Shown: piece by piece, positions 17,982 through 26,550 of the stretch
Layout: each line of letters opens with the position of its first letter
Numbering within the stretch: position 1 is the first letter of the stretch
Source of the DNA: Patescibacteria group bacterium
Lineage (GTDB): Bacteria > Patescibacteriota > Patescibacteriia > Patescibacteriales > UBA12465
Length of the DNA: 64,000 nucleotides
Direction: 5' to 3'
Assembly: GCA_041650715.1 (NCBI GenBank)
Contig: JBAZKQ010000001.1
Span: 326,945-390,944, forward strand
The notes under the pieces: generated by a model
What the model saw: only the letters and a program-made list of their open reading frames with translations
What the model was told of the DNA's origin: nothing
Databases searched by the model: none
Made by a program: the position numbers and the translations under genes

Positions 17982-19352
17982 TTAGTGGCTTTGATTTCGA
18001 TTAAAGTAGTTTTGCGCCGGTCGTCCGGTTGAGCGGCCACCGCCGGCACGGCTGCCGTTTGACGGTCTGCTTTGTCCGAAAGATTTTCTGGCTTGTCCCT
18101 GAGAACGTTCTTGCGGACGGCCTTGAGAGCGGCCTTGAGAGCGGCCTTGAGGGTGGCCTTGAGAACGCTTCGGCGGACGGCCTGAGCTATTTTCAAATTT
18201 AGCAAATTCCCTGATCGGCAAACTTTTATTAATTAGGCGTTCAATATCGCGCACATCCTTTAATTGATTAGGGGTTGCCAAGGAAATGGCTTTACCGATT
18301 TTTCCAGCGCGTCCCGTGCGGCCGATACGATGAACATAATCAGAAGTCGCATCCGGTAGATTATAATTGACGACAAGTTCAATTCCGTTAACATCTAAAC
18401 CGCGAGCGGCCACGTCAGTTGCCACCAGAATTCGCGAGCGTAAACTCTTAAAAGAATCCAGGGCGGCTTTACGCCGACTTAAAGATAAATTCGAATGTAT
18501 CTCCGTTGCTTTATGTCCGAGGGCTACTAATTTTTGCGTAACTTCTTTTACACCGTGTTTGGTGCGGACGAAAACAAGAATGGAACCGGCATGTTCTTTA
18601 ATAATTTTTTCCAAATGAGAAAAGCGTTCGGTCGGCTTGATAACAAAAATTTCCTGTTCGACTCTTTCGGCTGTTGTTCCTTGCGGGGCCACTTCAATGC
18701 TAATCGGCAGTTTCAAATGATTAGCCGCTAGTTTGGCAATTGTGACCGGCATCGTGGCCGAAAATAACATTGTTTGTTTGTCTTTCGGTGTCTGCTTCAA
18801 AATTTCTTCAACTTGAGGCGCAAAACCAAGATCAAGCATCATATCAGCTTCGTCGAGAACTAAAATTTTAATTTGGTCGAGCTTTACGGTCCGTCTTTTT
18901 AGGTGGTCGATTAAACGTCCGGGAGTCGCGACAATGATATGTGGTCTCTTGCGCAACATAAATAATTGGCGATCAACCGCTTCGCCGCCGATTAGGGTAG
19001 CGAGACGAAGACCCAGCGATAGGCCAAGTTTTTTTAAGCTTTCGGTAACTTGGATAGCGAGCTCACGCGTCGGCACAACGACTAAAGCCTGACCTTTCTC
19101 GAGGCCAAGTCTTTGCAGAATCGGGATACCGAAGGCCAGAGTTTTACCGGTTCCGGTTTGGGCAATCCCAATAATATCCTGCCCCTTAAGAGCAATCGGA
19201 ATAGCTTGGTGCTGAATTGGTGTCGGCGTATCGAGGCGAAGGACTTCCAAAACCTTAAGAATTGAAGGGCTGATTCCTAAATCGGAAAATTTCGGGCCGG
19301 CTTTTGGCTCAACTAAAGAGACTTTTTGCTTCGTTTTTGTAATAGTTTCCAT
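17982..19352 (-). CDS. DEAD-box ATP-dependent RNA helicase with R/G/Q-rich C-terminal tail
   Basis: Q motif, AQTGTGKT, DEAD (LVLDEADMML), SAT, HRIGRTGRAG. The tail is GRSQGRSQGRPQ... The ATG at 19352 is preferred. Confidence 0.93.
   Translation of the reverse strand: METITKTKQKVSLVEPKAGPKFSDLGISPSILKVLEVLRLDTPTPIQHQAIPIALKGQDIIGIAQTGTGKTLAFGIPILQRLGLEKGQALVVVPTRELAIQVTESLKKLGLSLGLRLATLIGGEAVDRQLFMLRKRPHIIVATPGRLIDHLKRRTVKLDQIKILVLDEADMMLDLGFAPQVEEILKQTPKDKQTMLFSATMPVTIAKLAANHLKLPISIEVAPQGTTAERVEQEIFVIKPTERFSHLEKIIKEHAGSILVFVRTKHGVKEVTQKLVALGHKATEIHSNLSLSRRKAALDSFKSLRSRILVATDVAARGLDVNGIELVVNYNLPDATSDYVHRIGRTGRAGKIGKAISLATPNQLKDVRDIERLINKSLPIREFAKFENSSGRPPKRSQGHPQGRSQGRSQGRPQERSQGQARKSFGQSRPSNGSRAGGGRSTGRPAQNYFNRNQSH
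18119..18166. repeat. 4 x 12-nt tandem repeat inside the helicase tail
   Basis: ggccttgagagc ggccttgagagc ggccttgagggt ggccttgagaac, encoding the (S/P)QGR repeats. Confidence 0.85.
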
Positions 19353-19454
19353 AAAAAAAATAAGTGACCCGATTTCTCTCAAAGGCCACTTAATTTCTAT
19401 ATGACATTTAAATAGTTGGAGGAGATTCGAATCTTTTGTTAGATTAAGATAATA

Positions 19455-20705
19455 TCACAAGTGAATATTTTTGTCAACTGATGATTCACCGGCTATATAA
19501 CCCGTACTCCAGCATAATTGTAAATTAAAACCGCCGGTCGGTCCGCTAAGATCGAGAAGCTCGCCGGCAATATAGAGATTGGATATTAACTTAGAGCGCA
19601 TTGTTTTCGGATCAATTTCTTTAAGATCAGCGCCGCCGGCCGTAATCATGGCTTGGGAGAAATCACCGCTGCCGGAAATGCTAAGTGGAAATTTTTTGAG
19701 CAGTTTAATTATGACTTGCTTCTCGGATTTAGTCACCATGTTTCCCTGTTTGTCAGCCGCAATACCCAGTAAAGAAAAAAGCACGGGTGCGAGTTTCGGA
19801 GGGACGAGCGAATCTAAAATATTTTTGAATAGTTTATGACCGCTGTGAAATAATGTTTGTAATCTGATGTCGAGTTCTGGTTCTTTCATATCGGGAAACA
19901 AATCTAATTCGAGACGATATTTTTTGGGTGATGCTGATTCAAGGTAGCGACTTGCGTCTAAGGCAATGGGGCCGCTAATCCCCTGTCCGGTAAAGATTAA
20001 ATCACCTCTTAGAGTTGAAACAAGTTTATTTTCAGAAAATAAGCTTAAAGAAAGGTCACTTAAGCTTAGCCCTTGTAAATCTTTAATGAAGTTTTCTCTA
20101 AGGAAAAGCGGAACAAGGGCAGGACGCGCTTTGATAATATTATGTCCTAATTTATGTAGCCAGGCATAAGCATCTCCCGTTGAACCTGTTATCGGATATG
20201 ATTTTCCGCCGGTTGCCAGTAAATAATTATCAGCGCTTAGTTCGGTACCGTTAAATAAAATTATTTTTTCAATCCTATTTCCTTTTTTTACGATTGTCTT
20301 GACACTGCTTTCAAATCTAATTTCGCCGCGTAAGGCGGCAATTTTTTTGAGCAAAACATTTAAAACATCAAACGCACGATTAGTTTTCGGAAAAACACGG
20401 CCGTTATTTTCTATTTTAGATTCAAGGCCGGCTGCATTAAAATAGCTAATGGTTTCTTGGGGGCCAAAGTGGGCCAGAGCCGAAATTAAAAAACGGCCGT
20501 TAGGCAAATAACGCGCCGCCATGATTCGGGGATCAGAAATGTTGTTGGTGAAATTACAACGACCGCCGCCGGTCGTTAAAAGTTTTATGCCGGGACGTTT
20601 ATTTTTTTCCAAAATAATAACTTTGGCGCCTAATTCCCCCGCTCGGCACGCTGCCATGAGGCCGGCGGGTCCGGCGCCGATAATTATTAAATTATACTGA
20701 TTCAT
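19455..20705 (-). CDS. HI0933-family FAD-dependent flavoprotein (BaiN-like)
   Basis: IIIGAGPAGLMAA Rossmann motif followed by KLLTTGGGRCNFTN, typical of the family. 416 aa. Confidence 0.85.
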   Translation of the reverse strand: MNQYNLIIIGAGPAGLMAACRAGELGAKVIILEKNKRPGIKLLTTGGGRCNFTNNISDPRIMAARYLPNGRFLISALAHFGPQETISYFNAAGLESKIENNGRVFPKTNRAFDVLNVLLKKIAALRGEIRFESSVKTIVKKGNRIEKIILFNGTELSADNYLLATGGKSYPITGSTGDAYAWLHKLGHNIIKARPALVPLFLRENFIKDLQGLSLSDLSLSLFSENKLVSTLRGDLIFTGQGISGPIALDASRYLESASPKKYRLELDLFPDMKEPELDIRLQTLFHSGHKLFKNILDSLVPPKLAPVLFSLLGIAADKQGNMVTKSEKQVIIKLLKKFPLSISGSGDFSQAMITAGGADLKEIDPKTMRSKLISNLYIAGELLDLSGPTGGFNLQLCWSTGYIAGESSVDKNIHL

Positions 20706-20724
20706 AATAGCTTATTTTCGAAAA

Positions 20725-21327
20725 TTATTTATCCATCCGTTTTGCAATCAGTGCACTGATTTTTTGGAATAAAAAGTAAATGGCGATAGCGACGCCAATA
20801 ATAATCATTAAGGCGTTTTCTCCACGAGCAATTGTTTTATCAAGATAAACATAGGCCGCGGCCGAATAAAAACCTAATAAGGCATACATTACCGATTTGG
20901 GGATGGCGATCGTAAGAGCGATTTTAATTAGTTTTTTAAAAGAAGCGCGGACTGAACCCAGAATCATTAGGCCGGCTGGTCCGATTAGCGGTGTTAATTT
21001 AACAAAGATAATAGCTTGACTCGTGCGATGGTGGAGTAATTTTTCAATTTTTTCGACGCGTTCAATCGTGATGCCCAAAAAACGAAGTCTGCCCGATTTG
21101 ATTAATTTATTAAGCGTATAGCCGATGCCGTAATAGAAAAAATCGCCGCCCGCATCACCGGCAATCGAAAGCAGCATAATAATATAAATATCGTAGTAAC
21201 CAAGGGCGGCCGCCACACCACCGGCGGCGGTGACGAGCGGGCCTTCGATAAAGGCGGCCATAAAGAAAAGCAAATAGCCGTGTGAGATTACCCAGGGTAC
21301 TAATGTAACTAAACCGGATGAATGCAT
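20725..21327 (-). CDS. DedA/VTT-domain membrane protein
   Basis: 200 aa. GYLLFFMAAFIEGPLVTAAGG motif and 4-5 TM helices. Confidence 0.7.
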   Translation of the reverse strand: MHSSGLVTLVPWVISHGYLLFFMAAFIEGPLVTAAGGVAAALGYYDIYIIMLLSIAGDAGGDFFYYGIGYTLNKLIKSGRLRFLGITIERVEKIEKLLHHRTSQAIIFVKLTPLIGPAGLMILGSVRASFKKLIKIALTIAIPKSVMYALLGFYSAAAYVYLDKTIARGENALMIIIGVAIAIYFLFQKISALIAKRMDK

Positions 21328-21333
21328 AATTAA

Positions 21334-22041
21334 TTACTGATAAGCTGGAATTCCCAGCAGAGCTTCAACGCTGACAATTTCATAGCCCCGTCTTTTTAAT
21401 TCGGGAATAAATAAATCAATGGCTTTGACGGTTTCGCTGCGATTGCCGTTCTTATTAATACCATCATGAAAAACCATTATCTGACCTGGCTTAAGATTGC
21501 TGCAAGCATCATTAAAAATTTTTTTCGCGGGAACAAGGTAAACTTCTTTTTGAGTGCCGAAGATTCCGGAAATGGGCGTCATTTTATTAGCGGCAAGTAC
21601 GCGGAACATTCCGGGATTGCGAATGAGCCACGGCGAGCGGAAGTAGGCCGGCTTTTTTCCCGTTACTTTAAATATAATTTCTTGGGTAAGCTCAATCTCG
21701 TCTTTCAAGCTTGGACTGCTTAAGTATTTGCCTAATTGGTGGCTGTAAGCGTGATTACCAATTGTTTGGCCGGTTGCGATAATGCGACGGGCTAATTCCG
21801 GGTTTTTCTCGACATTTTTTCCAACCAGAAAAAAGGTTCCCGGCACGCCGTGTTTAGCGAGAACCGCCAACATATCGGCCGTATAAGGTTCACTTGGACC
21901 GTCATCAAAACTTAGCGCTATAATTTTCTTGTCAGTTTTTAGGCCGTACGGATAATAGCCGAAAGCGCTTGATTTCGGCCACATAAAAATATAATAAGCA
22001 GTAATGATTATTATTGCTAATATAATTAGCGAATATAGCAT
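21334..22041 (-). CDS. polysaccharide deacetylase (NodB homology domain), membrane-anchored
   Basis: IALSFDDGP and GNHAYSH motifs, with an N-terminal TM helix. Confidence 0.88.
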   Translation of the reverse strand: MLYSLIILAIIIITAYYIFMWPKSSAFGYYPYGLKTDKKIIALSFDDGPSEPYTADMLAVLAKHGVPGTFFLVGKNVEKNPELARRIIATGQTIGNHAYSHQLGKYLSSPSLKDEIELTQEIIFKVTGKKPAYFRSPWLIRNPGMFRVLAANKMTPISGIFGTQKEVYLVPAKKIFNDACSNLKPGQIMVFHDGINKNGNRSETVKAIDLFIPELKRRGYEIVSVEALLGIPAYQ

Positions 22042-22055
22042 ACGAATTTACTTTA

Positions 22056-22826
22056 TTAGGATTGTGTCTGCTCGGTGACTTTTTTTTCTTCTTCACGATG
22101 GGGTTGGCGGATGGCCGGAAACGAAGATAAACCGCGACCAAAAAAGCGGCGGAAATTATAGTCAATAATATTATAGAATATTAATATGACAAATATATTA
22201 TAGAGGAGTCCTTTGCTTAAGCGCCGCGCCGAAGTCTCTACTGTATTATGACGCAAGAAAACAATTTTTCCTTCCTTACGCAACTCTTTAAGGAGAGCGA
22301 TCTCATCGCCGCCTTGATCAAATTTAGAGTTATAGCCGTGCCAGATTTCCTTTTTAAAGGCAGTATTGCTACCGGGCATGTAAATGAGGCGATCGGTTAA
22401 TTTATAGATGATATTAGTTACGCCAAAAAGTAAGCCGGTAAAAGGCGTCCCCCACCAGGGCCCGTCAAAAAAATGGAATGAGCCGATGACGGCCACGACA
22501 TCGTCGTGATCGCCGAAACCCTTCATTATTTTTGATAGCCAGTCTGTCGGGAAGGTTGTATCTGCGTCGGTTTGGATTATAATGTCTCCAGTTGCGGCCA
22601 AGGTTCCCTTTTCTCGGGCGGGAATTACGCCGCGGGTCTCTTCGAATAAGACGAGGGCGCCTTCCTCTCGGGCGACCGCCCCGGTTCGATCAGTACTGTT
22701 ATTATCAACCACGATAATTTCTTTTTCGCCCTGATAATCCTGTTGTTTTAGAGAGCGCAAGCAGGCGGCAATATTCCGCTCTTCATTAAGCGCCGGAATA
22801 ATAATAGAGATTTTTTTTTCGTTCAT
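22056..22826 (-). CDS. family 2 glycosyltransferase
   Basis: ISIIIPALNEE.., VVDNNSTD and TDADT motifs. Confidence 0.88.
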   Translation of the reverse strand: MNEKKISIIIPALNEERNIAACLRSLKQQDYQGEKEIIVVDNNSTDRTGAVAREEGALVLFEETRGVIPAREKGTLAATGDIIIQTDADTTFPTDWLSKIMKGFGDHDDVVAVIGSFHFFDGPWWGTPFTGLLFGVTNIIYKLTDRLIYMPGSNTAFKKEIWHGYNSKFDQGGDEIALLKELRKEGKIVFLRHNTVETSARRLSKGLLYNIFVILIFYNIIDYNFRRFFGRGLSSFPAIRQPHREEEKKVTEQTQS

Positions 22827-22854
22827 AAATAATTAACAATTTATAAATTCCCGC

Positions 22855-23607
22855 TTATTGTATATTTTCTACTGTATTCTCACCGTCGTCAATAGTGATA
22901 TCAAGATTGAGCTCGCCGCTCATTAGCGTCGAGGTGGCGTTAGTTGTTTTCTGTAATGCGGAGCAAGCCTGAAGATCGCTTTTATAAATCTGCCAGCCTT
23001 CATTTTTCGCCTTTTGCATACTTTCATTATTAGCTTTCATGCTTGTTTGATAGGCTTCAACGCAGCCTTTATTGGCTGTGGCCTGAGCTTCTCTCGTTGC
23101 CAAATCAATCGCGGCTAATTGGCATGAAGTGCGGACATCGACTGCGCTTAGAATGCTTTGAGTATAAGTGTTGACGGAGGCTTTAAGAGAGCTGTCTTTT
23201 TTATTAATAGCGTCCTTGACGCATTGGGCAGCCACTGGCTGAACAAAGGCTTGGTTGGTGTTCGATTTTGGAGCCATGTTTTTACGAATACCCCAAAGAG
23301 CGGTACCGATTTGTTTAATTTTTTCAAATAAGCTAATTTGGGCCGGGTTGGGGATTTTTTCATAGTTGCTAGCCGTGCCTGAGGCGTTCGCCTTGGCGAC
23401 ATCGGCTGCTTGTTTTAGCTGGATAGCGGTACTTGTGGCTCGGTTCATGATGCGAACGCCGAATAGGGCGCCACCCTCCTTTTTGATTACTCGGAAATTT
23501 TTAATCTGATCAGGTGAAGGAATCCTTTCCAGCTCTTGGGCTAAAGCGATTCCGGCAAAAGCGAAGACAAGAGAAAAAATAATGGTGCTTAGTAGAAATT
23601 TTTTCAT
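22855..23607 (-). CDS. secreted hypothetical protein with internal duplication
   Basis: Signal peptide ending AGIALAQE. Two copies of E(R/K)IPxPxQIxxFxxIKxxGxALxGxR. Four-Cys C-terminal domain. Confidence 0.6.
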   Translation of the reverse strand: MKKFLLSTIIFSLVFAFAGIALAQELERIPSPDQIKNFRVIKKEGGALFGVRIMNRATSTAIQLKQAADVAKANASGTASNYEKIPNPAQISLFEKIKQIGTALWGIRKNMAPKSNTNQAFVQPVAAQCVKDAINKKDSSLKASVNTYTQSILSAVDVRTSCQLAAIDLATREAQATANKGCVEAYQTSMKANNESMQKAKNEGWQIYKSDLQACSALQKTTNATSTLMSGELNLDITIDDGENTVENIQ

Positions 23608-23656
23608 AGATTTTTTATTAATTTTAATATGGCTATATTATAGCATATTTTCAATT

Positions 23657-23688
23657 AAAAAACCCGCCGGTTGCCCGGCGGGTTTTTT
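23657..23688. terminator. bidirectional intrinsic terminator after cspA
   Basis: Stem aacccgccgg / ccggcgggtt, loop ttgc, A6/T6 flanks. Confidence 0.8.
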
Positions 23689-23700
23689 AAAAAGAAGTGA

Positions 23701-23898
23701 TTAGGCAAGCTTTACGTTTACCGCGTTCATTCCTTTAGCTGATTGTTCCTGTTCAAAGGAAACAGCTTGACCTTCGTGAAGTTCGTTGTAGGCAACTCCA
23801 ACTAAAGCATTGCTGTGAAAGAATAAATCTTTCTCTTGGCCCTCAACAGTGATGAAGCCAAATCCTTTGTCAGTTAACGTTTTAATAACACCAGTCAT
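23701..23898 (-). CDS. cspA: cold-shock protein
   Basis: 65 aa with RNP1 KGFGFI and RNP2-like FFHSN motifs. Confidence 0.95.
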   Translation of the reverse strand: MTGVIKTLTDKGFGFITVEGQEKDLFFHSNALVGVAYNELHEGQAVSFEQEQSAKGMNAVNVKLA

Positions 23899-24041
23899 TG
23901 ATTTGTTAACTTAATAAATAAATTGCAATTTTTTTGATATTTTTTTGAAACTCGACGACTTTTCGAACCAATAAAATTACGTTTGATTATAGTATCACGT
24001 ATCTTTAAAAAAGTAAAGGTTTCACGGATAGATACTTTGGG

Positions 24042-24611
24042 CTATTTCTTTATCGCTTTTTTGATTGCCTTTTTAACGACTTTTTTCGTCTCTTTGCTCA
24101 CTTTTTTAACGATTTTGGCTATTTTAACCGGTTCAATAATTAGTTCTGGTTGGGATACTTTCGGGACAATCGGAGCGGCTGTTTTTCCCAATAAATTTAA
24201 AATCTGATCCAATTTGGCATTAATAGATTCTAATTTATCTCTCATTTGGTTATTTTCCGGACGAACTTCGCTGCGTTCCGGGCGCATATTTGATGGTCGG
24301 CTATCCATTCTTGGGCTGGAAGCATGATCATGATCGTTTTTAAAACATTGGCTGCAATAAACCGGTCTCAAACCGCTCGGTTTAAACGGTACTTCGCAGG
24401 GTTGGCCACAGTCGGCACAGATTGTTTTAAACATTTCCGGTCGATCACCTCGATCGCGACGTTCGCCACCGAAACCACCGCGTTCGCTACGGCCTCCGCC
24501 GCCACCAAAACCACCGCGATCGCTACGGCCTCCGCCAAAACCGCCCCGTCCTCCGGAAAAGCTCTTTTTCTTAAAATCACCCCTGTCACCCTCTCGATTG
24601 AAATTCTTCAT
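24042..24611 (-). CDS. CxxC-x17-CxxC zinc-ribbon protein with RGG-rich N-terminus and Lys-rich C-terminus
   Basis: CADCGQPCEVPFKPSGLRPVYCSQCF core, flanked by (R/S)(D/E)RGGFGGG repeats. Confidence 0.8.
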   Translation of the reverse strand: MKNFNREGDRGDFKKKSFSGGRGGFGGGRSDRGGFGGGGGRSERGGFGGERRDRGDRPEMFKTICADCGQPCEVPFKPSGLRPVYCSQCFKNDHDHASSPRMDSRPSNMRPERSEVRPENNQMRDKLESINAKLDQILNLLGKTAAPIVPKVSQPELIIEPVKIAKIVKKVSKETKKVVKKAIKKAIKK

Positions 24612-24668
24612 AATATAAAATTATTTTTATTAATTATTTTGATTAGTATAAACAGTTTAGTCTATTAA

Positions 24669-25916
24669 TTAGAAAACTACAATATTCTGCGCTGCCTGAC
24701 CTAATTCCTTGATAAAGTTAAAATCTACCAAGAGTAAGGATAAAACCAGGATGATCAGTAATATTGTTTGAAAAATAACGGATTTATGTTGGACGGTGGC
24801 GCGGACTACAATATTTATAATCAAAGCGAGCATTAAAAACAGTAAAAAAGAAAAGTAAATTACTTTCGAAACATTTATCACTTTAGCTGCGTTTTCGACT
24901 TGCGGGTTAACATTCAGATCAACATAGGACGGATTAAGTGGTAAATTATTAAGAACTTCTGGCTCGGCAGGAGATATTTTTTGGGGCGCAGAAGTAGCAA
25001 GTGCCGTCTTAATGGTGGGCGGAGTGTAACTCTTTTCTTCAGCTTTAACGACAACGGAGTGCGCGACTTGAGCTCCCGTCTTCATGTCCGGGTTGATAAT
25101 TGGCTCTTTTGTCTCCCCACTTGAAATCGCGGCAACGGTCTTAATCGGCGTGGCCGCCAATAGCGGAGTTTCGTTTTTGGCTCCAAAAATTTCCACCAAT
25201 ATATTAGTTTCTTCGCCGTTTATTTTGCCATTCACGACGGCCAGGCCAAGGTCGGTATATTTGGGGTTTAAAATATTTTTTTTATGTCCCGGCGAAGCCA
25301 TTAAAGCGGCGTGGGCATCGTCCGCCCCTAAGAAGTTAAGAGCTAAATTTTCGCCGACTAAAGTATAGGCATATGAATTTCGATTAACAAAATTCCAAGG
25401 CATGCGTCCGTCCGGACTGGTGTGAGAAAAATAATCGTTAATTAACATATCTTCGGCCTTGCTTTGTGCCGCCTGGTTCAAAATAGCATTTGAGTTTAAA
25501 GGTGAAACATCGTTTGCTATCCGCGATTCATTCGTTAAGCTTAAAATTTGGGCAGCTGTTGTTTCCGACATCTTAGCCTCATCTTGATAGACTAAAAACA
25601 GGTAGCCGACTGAAAAAATTTTCAAAGTTAAAAGTAAAATTGTAATTATTACTAATTGGCGCGGACGCAAAATTTTCGGCTTATTGTCGTTATTATCATT
25701 AGGTATGAAATAGTCGCGAAAAATAGAAAGTGAATCATGAAAATAACGTTTCATATTTTCCTGGCCATTCTTTAATTCAGTGACTTCCCTTTTTTCTTCT
25801 TTTACAAAATCGCCAAAATTATCTTTGGCGTCAGATGTATTTTTTTTAATTATTTTTAGCAATTTTTTTAGCATATTTTCTATAACCACAATATCATTTT
25901 TCCATTGTTTCGTCAA
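24669..25916 (-). CDS. membrane-anchored CAP/SCP (PR-1-like) domain protein
   Basis: CAP-domain motifs (YFSHTSPDG, GENLA, SPGHKKNIL), with an N-proximal TM helix and C-terminal TM helices. Confidence 0.8.
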   Translation of the reverse strand: MTKQWKNDIVVIENMLKKLLKIIKKNTSDAKDNFGDFVKEEKREVTELKNGQENMKRYFHDSLSIFRDYFIPNDNNDNKPKILRPRQLVIITILLLTLKIFSVGYLFLVYQDEAKMSETTAAQILSLTNESRIANDVSPLNSNAILNQAAQSKAEDMLINDYFSHTSPDGRMPWNFVNRNSYAYTLVGENLALNFLGADDAHAALMASPGHKKNILNPKYTDLGLAVVNGKINGEETNILVEIFGAKNETPLLAATPIKTVAAISSGETKEPIINPDMKTGAQVAHSVVVKAEEKSYTPPTIKTALATSAPQKISPAEPEVLNNLPLNPSYVDLNVNPQVENAAKVINVSKVIYFSFLLFLMLALIINIVVRATVQHKSVIFQTILLIILVLSLLLVDFNFIKELGQAAQNIVVF

Positions 25917-26550
25917 TGTTAATTAAATCAGAAACTATCACTAATCGATTTTTTGTAGAATAAATCGGGTCGCACGTATACAGGGTGACAATCGCTTTAG
26001 GGCTTATATTATATGGTGAAGAATTACTCGGATCGATAATCATTGTTTGCCGCACACGGTAATTATATTGCCTTCCCTGCCAGAGTATAGAAAAGATATC
26101 TCCTGTTTTGAGCTTATCAAATAAATAAAAAGTCGTATTATTGGGTGGCAAATATTTAAAGCGGTGCCCGGTAATAATTGTGTTTCCTCCCTTGTCTGGA
26201 GTGGAACCAAACGGTACAAGCCAGGCGCCTTTGGATAATCCGGTCTTTTCATTGTCGCTCAAGATAATTGGGGCATTAACGCCGATTTTCGGAATTATAA
26301 GGCGATCGGGAGAAATGGAAAATTCGCTAGCCGGTAATTTATTAATTATTGTTTTAACCGCGGCGTTAACTTGTGAAATATCCTGGCTTTCTTTGTCTTT
26401 AGCTCCGAAAAATCGGTATTTAATTTGCGGATAAAACGGATAAACTATGAGATAAAGCAATAGCGCGATGTTTAAAATTTTTAACCCAAAAACGAGGGTT
26501 TGAAAAATTTCTCTCTTCTTCTCTATTTTTCCGGGAAATATTTTATTCAT
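25894..26550 (-). CDS. sortase (transpeptidase)
   Basis: Catalytic triad context ITGHR ... TLYTCDP ... NRL, with an N-terminal membrane anchor. Overlaps both neighbours. Confidence 0.88.
   Translation of the reverse strand: MNKIFPGKIEKKREIFQTLVFGLKILNIALLLYLIVYPFYPQIKYRFFGAKDKESQDISQVNAAVKTIINKLPASEFSISPDRLIIPKIGVNAPIILSDNEKTGLSKGAWLVPFGSTPDKGGNTIITGHRFKYLPPNNTTFYLFDKLKTGDIFSILWQGRQYNYRVRQTMIIDPSNSSPYNISPKAIVTLYTCDPIYSTKNRLVIVSDLINIDETMEK

Noticed and set aside
17945-18205. 86-aa ORF with ALKA repeats
   Set aside because: It is an alternative frame of the 12-nt tandem repeat in the DEAD-box helicase tail, and the helicase frame is continuous through it.
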